64,000 nucleotides of DNA from Antechinus flavipes (Eukaryota). Under the pieces are notes generated by a model that saw only the letters and a program-made list of their open reading frames with translations, was not told the origin of the DNA and did not search any database. The stretch is from positions 479,570,001 through 479,634,000 of the forward strand of contig NC_067401.1 of assembly GCF_016432865.1 (NCBI RefSeq). The letters are read 5' to 3'. Shown here one piece after another: positions 53,125 to 63,579 of the stretch (within the stretch, counting starts at the first letter, position 1; each line of letters begins with the position of its first letter). Made by a program: the position numbers and the translations under genes.

Positions 53125-53854
53125 TTACACTCGGGAAACCTGAGTGTACTCCAAGGGAATTGAGTGCAGCTCTTCCTTAGGACACTGCCCGGAAGGTCAA
53201 GGTTACAACCTCTGTTAGAAGGCCTAGCTAGAGCCTGGCCCTCTCCCAGGCCCCACAAAAGACCACTGCTCTCCAGGCAAGATCCTTAGCCATGACCAAG
53301 TGCAAGGAAGCAGGGACTTAGCAGAGGGGGCTGGTCAAGGTGACTGGCCAACTGCTACCCCATGGGTAACATCAATCATAAATCTGCCTGGGGGGGCGGT
53401 AGTGAGGGGAGCCTAAGGAAGAAAGGCTAGAGATGGGGGAGGGAGTTTCCCCACTTGGGTGAGATGCCATGGTCCACTTAAAGAGACAGACTCTCCTGGA
53501 GCCAGACTGGCCTCGTTCCTAAGTGCAGCGATCCCCAGGAACCCCCAGCACCCGAAATAGCTGCTGCTGGAATGCAGGATTGGGGATGGGGTCTGACAAG
53601 TTCAACTCTCCCCCGACCCCATCCCTTAGGCCTTCAGCCCCTTCCCAGGGCTCCTCCTCAGTCCCTCTCAGAGGGGAGGCAGGTTCTGACCACCGTTTTA
53701 TACAGGAGGAGCAGGACCAGCAAGGAAACCGCAAGAATTTCCTATCGATTAAAATCAAGTTCTGTCTGTCCCCTCTGGTTCCTGCCCTCCGTCCCACAAC
53801 CAGGCCTTGGTCATAAATAAGTGGGTAGCAGCTGGGAATGGAGGTGGGAGGGGC

Positions 53855-54250
53855 CTAAGTCCCCTGGGGAACAGTAGCAAGGACCCTTCTGGGGGCAGCC
53901 AGACCCATTCCCCAATTGAGGCCCACTGTCTCTTTGGGCTGGGCCTCCAAGGACGTGGGGTCCTCCCTGAGCCCCTCGAGCAGCGCTAGACGCTGAGCAG
54001 GGGGCGTCAAGAAGTAGGCCTTTTGCTCTTCGGAGTAGCGCTCCACCGGGGCCACGGCGTCCCTGTAAGTCCAGTCTCTCCAGCGGAAGTTGAAGCTCTC
54101 CAGCAGAGCGACACGGCCTTCTTGGGTGGGCACGCAGTCGAGAGGTGGTAGATGGGGCAGGTGGGGCACCTCCACCCCTGGAAGCAGCAGCACGCCCCGA
54201 ATGGCAAACCAGCCCCCGTACAGTGGGTGGATGCACACTCCGGCAATTTT
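53855..54250 (-). CDS. MMACHC: MMACHC exon 4 coding part, stop TAG at 53857-53855
   Basis: cctccag|AAA; [25 protein letters not shown]...[13 protein letters not shown]...VPQGT*. Confidence 0.95.
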   Translation of the reverse strand, partial: KIAGVCIHPLYGGWFAIRGVLLLPGVEVPHLPHLPPLDCVPTQEGRVALLESFNFRWRDWTYRDAVAPVERYSEEQKAYFLTPPAQRLALLEGLREDPTSLEAQPKETVGLNWGMGLAAPRRVLATVPQGT

Positions 54251-57200
54251 CTGGAGGAAGAGAGTGCAGACTGAGGCCTTCACCCCTGCCCGCACTCCCG
54301 GCCTGGCTGTAGCTTTCTTTATTCTGAGAAATGGAGGAGGGGACCAACCTCAGGGACCCTAAATCCTATAATCCCCAGGAACCCTTTGAAAGCATTCCTG
54401 ACACCCCCTTCCCCACCTCCTCCAGCCCACGACTGTTCCCCTCCCCTTCTCAGCATAGCAGGCCCCTCACCATCACATCTGGCCCACAAGGCAGCTGAGC
54501 TCTGAATCTCGGGCGAGGGCTACCCCTTCCTCATCTTGGCCCTGGGCTGCACTCCGAGGGGCAAAGGGACCAGAGAAGGGTGCCATGAGGAGAGCCCAAA
54601 GGCAGAGCATGAGCCAGGATTCCTGCTTCCTCCAGTCATCTTAATTGGGCCTTCCCTTCCCCCCTCCCGGCTCCACCTGGGGGTGCCTCATGGGAGCACC
54701 CAGTCCTCGCCCCCCACTTCACCAACCTTGTCTCCCCAAGGGTCAGATTCCACATCCTGCCGCTGGTAGTAGTAGGCAGCCCCGGCCACATGGGCCGCCG
54801 TCTGGGCCAAGATTTTGGGGCGTCGGTTGGGGTGCATGTCATAGTCAGTGATGACGACTATCTCCTGTTCTGGAAGGCTCTGGGACAGGGACAGAGATGG
54901 CCATTTCAGCATAAGGCAACGGTGCCCTCCCTGACGGCCTGGGAAGAGCCCTCAGTCTGCGGTGAGGGGCTTAGGTGGCAGATGGCGCTGCTTGAAGTCT
55001 TCGTTTTGGGCAGTGGGGCAGGGGCCTGGGATAGACTCTGACCCAGCAGAGGAGCCAAAGGCAGAACATGGGGGTTTCTAGAGGGTACAGCTATGGAAGG
55101 AGGAGTCCCAGACAGGTAGGGATTACGGGTTTCAAGAGGGAGAAGGTAGATACAGGGAGGATGGGCTGGAGAAGGGGACAGGGGGCACCTGATGCAGCTC
55201 AGGGTCCAGAGAGGGGAAGCCACTTCCTTGGGATTCCACAGGAGGAGGAGCGGGGGCTTGGTCTTACCTTCTGAAGATTGGTGAGATGGTGGGCTACACA
55301 CTGGTCCACAGGGTCCTTCAGAGGCTGCAGGTGGGCACTCTGCAGGAAGGGCTTCAGGGCTCGGTCAAACATGGCAGGGGTGCTGAGGACCACAAAAGCA
55401 AGTGTAGGCTCCGGCAGGGGCAGCTGGAAGGCTGGAGGCAGCAGTGCATTGTACCATCCCACCTGGGCAGGCAGACAGACAGGGGGACTCAAAAGAGACT
55501 CACCGCTTCCACCCTTACTGGGCCCCTGTATCCCAGCTCCCGAGTCCTGGCCACTGACACAGGCCTTGTGACTTCTAGTCACTTCGGGCTCAAGTGGTGC
55601 TCAGGGTGCCCTCTCTGGGAGGGCTAGCTTATTTGGCTGGCCATGTCCCTGAGCTGAGTGACCCAGAGCCAGTCCCCTCCTCCCAGTCTCCCGTCTAGGA
55701 GCACTCTCCTTTTTGGGCAAGGTTGCAACATACTCAGATCCCCAAGTTGGCGCTGGCTGCTTGCCCTCAGCAGGGGAGCGGGCAGGAAGCAGTCAGGTCA
55801 AATTAAAAATGCAAGGGCAGGTCCTGCCTGGAGGGGTGGGACATTGAGCAAAGTCACAGCAGCCAGCCCAGCATCTAAGGGGATCAACGCCAACTTTAGT
55901 TAGTCAACACCAGGCTCAAGGTCAGTGCCAGGTCCCATTGCCTGGAAGCTCAGGATTTAGGCCATGATGTTCCTGGGAATTTTCACTGTGGGGTTTTTCA
56001 AACGACCTGTGAATGCTGTTTGTATTTTTGCCCTCCCATTCTAAGCGATCTGGTAGCTTTCTTTTATAATTTCTTGTTCAAGTTCTGGTTTTGGCCCTGG
56101 CTTTCAGTCTAATTATCTCTTCTTGATCTATTTTAGTATGAAATATTTTTTTCTATTTTTGTCTGTCTCTTCTGTCTCATTAAGTCATCTGTTTGGTCCA
56201 TATTAAGTTTCAAGGAATCTGCTGCTTGGATAAGACTTTAGATCTCTTGTGCTAAACAGTTAATTTTCAAGTCTTTTCCCATAATTTGAAATGAATATAA
56301 ACTGCTTGCATTTTTGTTTTTTTTCCCCAGGTTATTTATACCTTCTGAATCCAATTCTCCCTGTGCAACAAGAAAACTGTTCGGTTCTGCACACGTATAT
56401 TGTATCTAGGATATACTGTAACCTATTCAACATGTAAAGGACTGCTTGCCATCTGGGGGAGGGGGTGGAGGGAGGGAGGGGAAAAATCGGAACAGAAGTG
56501 AGTGCAAGGGATAATGCTGTAAAAAATTACCCTGGCATGGGTTCTGTCAATAAAAAGTTATTTTAAAAAAAAAGTCTTTTCCCGTAGAACTTTTCTCATA
56601 ATTCTAATTTCTTTCCTCTAGTATTCTCTTTTCAACTACAAAATAACTTTTGAAAAAAGGGCTTCCTTTATTCATTCAGGAATTCTAGCTGACTTTATGG
56701 CCAAGGCATATTCTTGATGCTTTGCTGGTAGATGTTTTAGAGTCATTTTCTTTTTCTAAGTGTCTTTAACATTCCTATTACCACAATTGCTTTTTACAGT
56801 GGGAACCTTTTTTTTTTTTTTTGGTTCCCTTAATTTTCCTAGCTTATTTCTCTATGTGAGAGTTTTTAGAGCCAGATTCTATGCCCTTCTGGAGGAAATG
56901 TTTGGGTCATGTCATATTCTCTTGGGTCCTATACTTGTTTCCTCTGGATGCTTAGTGCTGTCATTTAAAGATCTCAGAAGATCAGGCTAGAAACCTATAG
57001 TGTTCTGGTTGGTTATCTGGAGGTCTCTGGACCAGTCTTCGTTTCAGCAGAGTAATCACCATGAGAATAGCCAGAGATAAAGTCCAAAAATATTGTCTCC
57101 TTCACGGTCTGTCCCCTTCACCTGGGGCCTGGCTAGCTTTCTGGAGGTCCTCCAGAATGTGTCTGGTTTTGTGGGGGAGGCAGGAGGACAGTCTCTGTCT

Positions 57201-58552
57201 CTAAGTCTCCCTGAGTCCAGGAGCTTGGGCTCCAGTCTCCAGTCCTCTGTCTTCCCCGAGTCTGTTCCAGTCCTATTTAATACTTATTACTTACTCTTAA
57301 ATACTCTATTACAATTATATCCAATTCACCATACTGAGTATAAGCCAATATAATAATATCGCTAGGGAACCATTTTGTTGTAAGATTAAATCAACCATAC
57401 TGAACTATTAATCACCGTGCTAAAACAGAGAACCATTGTCTCACTCAATTCCACTGAGTTAGCACCTTGTAAGAATCCTTGTTTCAAGTATGTTGTTCTG
57501 GCCCATGACATCAATACCTGTAAGCTCTCTGTGCACCCAAAGCTGCTTGTTTCAGGGTGAAATCTGATCACTGCCCCTTTACAAGCTTCTGACCCCATTT
57601 TGGGTCTGAGCAAATCAACCCTAGGACTGCCGTTGGTTGGAGGGCAGTGGGCTCCAAGCCTGGGAGCTACTTGGAAGGTTCTGCAGCTTCAGAGCAAACT
57701 ACAGGAGGCCCCTTGCCCGAGCTTCCCGCCCTGTTATTCAGGTGCAGGGTTCAGATCAGCTGCAACCTTTGCTGTTTTTTCTCCTCCTGCCCAGCACATA
57801 GCCCCAGGCCAGTGACAGCTCTCTGCCTTGCACTTAACCTGTGAGACTGCTCACGCCGTAAGCCATAAATCCGTCCCTCGCCTTCTAATCCTGCCCCTTG
57901 TGCAGTGCCGGCTGGCCCCTGTGGAATCTGGGACCCCTTCCTGCCCCGGCGTCCAGGGGACAGATCCCCTCGGGTCAGTCCTGTTGCAGGGGCCCTCCGG
58001 GTTCGTCCCTGCCGCCTGGCGCCCCAGCCCTGTGTCTTGTGCCCACCTCCCGTAAATGGGCCTTGGATTCTGCCATCCCGGCACTGGGGTGATTATGGCT
58101 GAGGACTCTCCCTCCCTCTGCCCAACTGGCCCGTCTCCCCGCTCCATGGTCAAGGCCCTGCTGGGGAGCCCTGGCTGGGTTGGGCTCGGTGCCAGTCAGT
58201 GGCACCGGATTTGAGATTTCCTAGTAGAGTCCGGGCGAGGAATGGGCAGCATGGGGGACTCAGGGTTAATAACAGTGCCCCAGCTCGCCCCCCTCCCTCC
58301 CACCCGCCGTCCTGGGGCTTTCTGAAAGTCAGAGAGCTTTGGATAGACCCAAGTCTGGCCAGGCTGGTGCCCAAAGGGCCCCAAACCCTCCAGGACAACC
58401 CCACGACCTTCCCTCCCCGCACGCCAAACACGTTTCCCCCGCGATACACGTGCGGGGCCGCGCATGCGCACCTGGAAGGGGTGCACCTCGAAGCCAAAGG
58501 GTTCCAGCGTGGCTCGGATCCGGCCCTCCAGCTCAGCCGCCCTCGGTTCCAT
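53855..58552 (-). CDS. MMACHC: Cobalamin-processing protein CblC (MMACHC), spliced CDS span, 4 exons, 825 nt, 274 aa
   Basis: Exons of 81/195/153/396 nt. Motifs [48 protein letters not shown] and WRDWTYRD are present; the C-terminal tail is divergent. Confidence 0.96.
54727..54879 (-). CDS. MMACHC: MMACHC exon 3
   Basis: tcccag|AGC...AAG|GTTGGT; [51 protein letters not shown]. Confidence 0.96.
55268..55462 (-). CDS. MMACHC: MMACHC exon 2
   Basis: cccag|GTG...AAG|GTAAGA; [41 protein letters not shown]...NLQK. Confidence 0.96.
56281..56571 (+). mobile_element. Young L1 tail in MMACHC intron 1 (antisense to MMACHC), 12-bp TSD
   Basis: TSD AAGTCTTTTCCC at 56269-56280 and 56572-56583; AATAAA at 56549. 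Confidence 0.88.
57001..57510 (-). mobile_element. Probable ERV solo LTR in MMACHC intron 1
   Basis: TG...CA boundaries and text resembling a marsupial LTR; no TSD confirmed. Confidence 0.5.
58472..58552 (-). CDS. MMACHC: MMACHC exon 1 coding part
   Basis: ATG at 58552...CAG|GTGCGC; [27 protein letters not shown]. Confidence 0.95.
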
Positions 58553-59177
58553 GGGTCTGGGTTAGGCTCTCGGCGGCCCGCGCACTTCTAGGCGCAGCTC
58601 CCATCAGTTAAGAGGTGTAGTTCGTTGCGCAGGCGCGCTGGGCCAACGGCTTCGCAGCTTGGCTGCCCGAGCTTCTACGCAGTTTCTCTACTACCGTCGA
58701 CGGGTGGGGCGCGCGCAAAGCTTGCTGGGAGTCGTAGTTCGATAGCCGTACGGAGCCCGTTGTGACCGCGAGAAGCGGATTCGGTATTCCAGGGGGGCTC
58801 GAGGCTGCGCCGGCGCGCTGGGCTTGAACTGCGCAGCCTCGGGCAGGGAAGGGGGAGGATTAGGGGCCATGGCTCCGGTGTCGGGGGGCCGGGCGCTGGC
58901 GGCGGCGCTGGCGGCGGGCCCGAAGCTTTGGAGCCCCCCCTAAGTCCCGTGCTTCCCAGCACAGGCTTCCGCGGCAGCCCCGCCTCCCACCCTGAGAGTC
59001 TCGGCCAGGCTACGGGGCAGGCCTGGCCTGACCCTCGGGGAGCCCTGCGCAGCCCGCTCGCTGCTAGGGCCAGGCCAAGTGCCGCCGCCCCGCGCCGCTC
59101 CCCGGCTGGAGCCCTCGGGTCCCAGCTGCGGTCGGCCACCCTCCGCCCTGGAGCCGCCGCGCCCGGTACCGTCCCAG

Positions 59178-59255
59178 GTGTCGGAGGAGTCCAACTGGGC
59201 TGAAAAGCTCGACTCCCTGCTGCAGGCTTCAGATGGCAATGTGGCCCGCATCAAG
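59178..59255 (+). CDS. CCDC163: CCDC163 exon (conserved N-terminus)
   Basis: GTG TCG GAG...AAG|GTGGGC; VSEESNWAEKLDSLLQASDGNVARIK. Confidence 0.8.
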
Positions 59256-62200
59256 GTGGGCGGGGAGCGCTGCAGACCCCAGGCTCGTAGACCGCGTCTA
59301 TCCTGCCCATCCTGGGGCCCCCACCACCTAGGCTTAAGCTAGCGCCCCGCCCCGCCTCTGGGGCGGAGCTCCGGGGAAGACTCCTCCCCCAGGACCCGCC
59401 TGGCCCCACCCCTCCATTAAGTTCTGACTTGAGCCCCGCCTCCTAGGGGGGGAAAGCTCTTCGCTGGATCACGCCCCCAGGGTGGGCAGGAGCCTGATGG
59501 TGCCCACAGTCTTGGCCCAGCCCTCCCCTTCCCAGGTAGCGGGAGTCCTTTCCGCTGGCCTCGATCCTGAGGGTCTCCTTTGCCCTTTTCTCAGGAGAAG
59601 AAGGGATGCCTTAGAAAGCAGTTAGAGGGCTCTGGATGTGGGCTCGGACGCTCCCAAGCCTTCCCGGTTGCTAGTCTGCTTGTCCTGGGTCCCGCTCTGG
59701 CAGCTCCGGTGGCAGAGGAGGGTGGCGGGGCGCTCGGGAGAGCCCTGGTCTTGCTCCCGAGGGCAGGATGGGCCGGGGCTGACGTTTCCCCGTCTCACTT
59801 TTCCCTTCCTGCTCTGCAGCAGCGGCTCTGCCCCCTTGGGGTCTCTTCACCTGGTGATTGTAAGTGTGTCATCCTCCGTCCCTCCACATGCCAGCCCATT
59901 CCCTTCCCTCTGGCTCTTTTTCCACTCTTCCACTGCCGTCCATTTCCTCCTCTCCTCTACCCCAAAGGGAATCCGCCCCCCCCCCCCCATCCCCCAGAAG
60001 CCCTTCTGTCTCCGGGGAAAGGACCGGGTCCGCGTGGTCCAGTCTTGGTTTCACCCCTTGCCTTCTGCAGCAAGCCTGGCTCCTTCAGGGTCCTGGGTGC
60101 CCCATTCTAATTCCCAAGGGGAACCACCTCGTCAGGTCTGGACCCTGGAGCCCACCCAAGAGGGGCAGGCCTGGGATGACGCCTGCTTCTCCTTGTCGCT
60201 GTGGGATGAAATTGCCACTCTTCGGAACCAGCTCCGGACCCAGGCTCAGGTGCGGTGGGGAATGTCTCTGTGGGATGGGGGTAGGGGGCCCTCTCGCTCC
60301 TCTGGGATCCGGGGAGACACTTTTCTTCCTGACCCGGTCCAGGTGACGGTACTGATGAGTCAGGCTGTCCAGGGTCTGATGGAAGACAGGGAGCGTCAGC
60401 GATGCCAGATTGATGAGCTAGAAGGTAACTCCTAGTGTGCAGGGTCCCATGGTAGGCGGCCCTCCCTGACGTCTGGGAGGGGCCCCCTAGGCTTGTCCCC
60501 TCACCACGGGAGAGGGAAACCGGCCGGAGCGCAGGGATGACCCCTCCGTTACTATCCAGAGGAGCTGGGCCGGCTTCGAGGGGCCCCTGAAGGGCGAGCA
60601 CGGCTGGAACAACGAGTGGAAGACCTGAACTCAGAGCTACAGAGTCTCCGTCGACAGCTGCAGGCCCGTCCTGGGGAAGCTGGTGTGACAGCCCTCCTGC
60701 GCCAAGAGCTGCAGAATGAGTGAGGGTTACCCCTGGGACCTACCCCAGTGAGCCCAGACATTGCAAGCACCTGCTGGTGCCCTCCAGAAAGCCCTGCCTA
60801 GGCTAGATGGGGTTTCCTCCCTGAGTACTTGTCCTCTCTCCTTTGAAGGGGGAGGAGAAGGGTTGGGGGGTGGTCTGCCCCTTCTTTCTTGAGCAGCTAG
60901 CTGCTTACGGTTGCCTTGGTCCTGCCTCACTGACCCCCTCTGACTTTTCCAGTCGCCAGCTGCTGTGGGAGGAGTATGAGGTTGTTCGAGGGGAGCTGAA
61001 GCTTTTGCGGGACCAGCTAGGTGAGTGAGGGTCCCTCCTTCTCCCCCGTCCTTCCCCTCCCCTGAGCTTCTCTGTGACCCGTTTGAAAGTTGTTTTCTTC
61101 GTAAGAGGGTGTGGGGAGATCGGAGGCACCTCAGCTCCAATCCTGGCTCAGCCACTTAGCTGCCATGTGACCATGGGCAAACTGAGTGTCCTCATCTGCA
61201 AAATGGGGCCATTGGGTTAGATGACTTCTTTAGTGCAGTGCTTCCCATTCCAGAGAGACTGGGAGCACCAAGCATTTACTAAGTGTGCGTCCCTACCGGG
61301 GGCCTGCTCTGTGAGAGGGACTAAGCTAGAGACACGGTGGGTGAGATCAGAACCTGCCCTTTAGCTACAGTCCACGGGGGGCAACTAAGAACAGGCGCCC
61401 ATCAGTGTAGCAGTGAGGTGCCGATGAGGGAGGAGAATAGACTGGAAGGAATTCTTTCAGGTGTAGGGGACAGGGAGGGCATTCCAGGCCTTGGGAACAG
61501 CCTTAAGCAAAGGCCTGGAGGCCGGAGAGCACAGTGTGGATTCATGGTAGAAAGTTCTGGTGGGCTGCTTACATGTGCACATAAGATTAAGAGGGCTTCA
61601 TTAAGGGGCTTTGGACTTTCCCTGGGAGGCAATAGAGAATTGGCCATACTGAGGGCTGGTGAGAGAGAGTAAACCTCTTTTTGTCTTGGGATCTTCTGGA
61701 GCTCAGTTCCACTCATTTAAAATAAATGTTCCTCCTGGGTGAAAGACACAAGCATTGAAGGGAGGGAGGAGAGAGAAAGGAGTGAGGAAGAGGGGAGGAA
61801 GGAAGGAAAAAGATAGAAGAAGGAAAGAAAGAAGGAAAAAGGAAAAAAGGAAGGAGAGGAGGAGGGGAGGAAGGAAGAGAAAGAAGGGAGGAAAGGAGGG
61901 AAGAGAAAAGGAGAGAGGAAAGAAAAAGAAGGAAGGAAAAAAGTAAAAAGAAGAAGAGGGGATGAGGGAAGGGAGGAAAAGAGAGAGAAGGAAAAAGGAG
62001 AAAAGGAGAGGAGGAGGGAAGAGAAAGAGGAAAGGAGAAAGAGAAGACAAAAGGAGCAAAAGGAAAAAAGGAAAAAAGCAGAAAGGAGAGAAGGAAAAAG
62101 GAGAGAAAAAGGAAGAGAAAATGAAGGAGAGAGGAAGAGGAAGGATGAGAGAAGGGAGGAAAGGAAAAAGGAGAGAAGGAAAAAGAAAAGGAGAAAAGGA

Positions 62201-63065
62201 AGGAGAGGAAGAAGAGGGGAGGAAAGGAGAAAAGAGGGGAAAAGGAGACAGAAAGGAAAAAAGGAAAAGAGAAAGGGAAGAGAAAGGAGTAAAGGAGAAA
62301 GGGAAGGGAAAAGGAGAGGAAGAAAAGAAAAGAGAGGAAAGGAGGAGGGGAGGAGAAAATGGAGGAAAGGAGAAAAAGAAGGGAAAGGAGAGAAAGGAAA
62401 GAAGAAAAAAGGAAAGAAAGGAGGAGGGGGGAGGGAAGAGAGGAAAGGGGAAAGAGGACAGAGGGAAGGGAGAGAATTGGAGAGGAGAAGGAAGGAAGCT
62501 GCTGCTCCTTTCCCATTACTCCCTCCCTGCCACTGGACCAGGTTGCTGACCCTCCCTCTCCCACAGGCCAACAGCAAGAGTTGTTACTGAGACAGATGGC
62601 TGAAGCCCGGCAGGCTCAGGGGCGTAGTTGGAAGGTAAGGGTCCTGAGCCCCCAGTCCCTGAAGGGTCCTTAGCCTTGAAGGGCGGTCATCTTGGAAAGG
62701 CATCTTGAGATGGGGACCTTGATTGCACTTGGCCCAGCCGGGATGCTTTTCTACTCGGCTGATAGAGGCGTGGTGGGTGCCCTGGAGAAATGGTCTGCCC
62801 CCCCCCCCCAGCAGCCCCTTAGGGCTCCCTCCCTCCATCCCCTAAGCTCCCCCATCTACCCCTTGGAGCCCAGCTTGTTTATAGCCCTGTGGAGGAGGAG
62901 GGGGAGGGCCTGAGGGAAGGGCACGTTCTGGGCTCATTACCACCCGCAGCCTGTGCCTGGGCAGGTGCTGGAGCAGGTCCAGAGTGATCAGGAAGGCCAC
63001 AGCCGCGTGGTGGACGCTGCCAGGGTGGAGGCCCGGGATGTTCGGCAGGAGATCAATCTTCTCAG
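59178..63065 (+). CDS. CCDC163: CCDC163 ortholog (coiled-coil protein), spliced span of 8 phase-compatible exons; start codon and 3' end unresolved
   Basis: SNWAEKLDSLLQASDGNVARIK, QRLCPLGVS, LLWEEYEVVRGELKLLRDQL and QQQELLLRQMAEARQAQGRSWK resemble mammalian CCDC163 as I recall it; head-to-head with MMACHC. Confidence 0.85.
59820..59853 (+). CDS. CCDC163: CCDC163 exon (34 nt; alternative donor at 59859)
   Basis: ctgcag|CAG...CTG|GTGATT or ATT|GTAAGT; QRLCPLGVSSP. Confidence 0.75.
60071..60249 (+). CDS. CCDC163: CCDC163 exon
   Basis: ctgcag|CA...CAG|GTGCGG; ...VWTLEPTQ...SLWDEIATLRNQLRTQAQ. Confidence 0.8.
60343..60424 (+). CDS. CCDC163: CCDC163 exon
   Basis: gtccag|GTG...AAG|GTAACT; VTVLMSQAVQGLMEDRERQRCQIDELE. 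Confidence 0.85.
60560..60719 (+). CDS. CCDC163: CCDC163 exon
   Basis: atccag|AG...GA|GTGAGG; EELGRLRGAPEGRARLEQRVEDLNSELQSLRRQL...LLRQELQN, heptad-like. Confidence 0.85.
60953..61020 (+). CDS. CCDC163: CCDC163 exon
   Basis: ttccag|T...TAG|GTGAGT; RQLLWEEYEVVRGELKLLRDQL. Confidence 0.88.
61757..62494. repeat. Near-pure purine low-complexity tract of about 740 bp in a CCDC163 intron
   Basis: Almost only A/G on the plus strand. Confidence 0.95.
62567..62634 (+). CDS. CCDC163: CCDC163 exon
   Basis: ccacag|GC...AAG|GTAAGG; GQQQELLLRQMAEARQAQGRSWK. Confidence 0.88.
62965..63065 (+). CDS. CCDC163: CCDC163 exon
   Basis: gggcag|GTG...AG|GTCTGG; VLEQVQSDQEGHSRVVDAARVEARDVRQEINLLR. Confidence 0.75.
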
Positions 63066-63579
63066 GTCTGGGGCTAGGCTGGGGCTGGGAGAAATGGGGC
63101 CCACCCCTCCGGCCGGGGCACAGGAGCCCCAGTTACCGAGCTGGCTTTGGGGGGTGACTGGACTTTTCCTTGTGTTGAGCACAGAGCCCGGCTTCCCTCT
63201 GCTCCTGCAGGAGCCCAGCCCATACACACTACCAGGGAGGACAGGGGCGGCCCAGTGGGACAGAGCTGTGGGGGGCTCCGTGGCTGGAGGGCCTGGCTCC
63301 AAGCCAGTCCTGCTGCTGGCCACAAATGGCGTCTCCAGAGCCCAGACCTGGGAGGAGAGGGCTGGCCCATCTCCGGGCCTGCCCCTCTGGGAGGGGAGCT
63401 TCCACCTGTGAGAGGGGGGACCTACTGGGCTCCTGCAGCTGGAAGGCCTTTGGGCCCGGCTTCCGTGTCTCTTTGTCCCCATCCAGAGCATAGTGAAGAG
63501 ACCCAAGTTCGAATCTTGTGTGTGACTGACCCTTAACCTCCATGTGCCTCAGGCAGGAAATAATAACATAACAGTTAAT

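Larger units (their letters stand above)
57900..59450. promoter_or_regulatory. Bidirectional MMACHC/CCDC163 CpG-island promoter
   Basis: CpG-dense; ZNF143/THAP11-type ACTACGACTCCCAG (minus, 58725-58738), ACTACA at 58616-58621, NRF1 sites at 58626-58636 and 58460-58469. Confidence 0.85.

Noticed and set aside
57090-57110. Apparent loss of the poly(A) signal in the LTR that is sense to MMACHC
   Set aside because: Depends on my recollection of the LTR consensus and cannot be supported without a Dfam alignment
61713-62577. ORFs of 283/286 aa (F/L/S-rich) and 195 aa (E/K/R-rich)
   Set aside because: Products of the purine low-complexity tract, which lacks stop codons by composition
63211-63493. 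Alternative terminal CCDC163 exon (ctgcag|G to TAG at 63493)
   Set aside because: Phase fits but the peptide is low-information and unrecognised; cannot be chosen over the 63889 acceptor without RNA data
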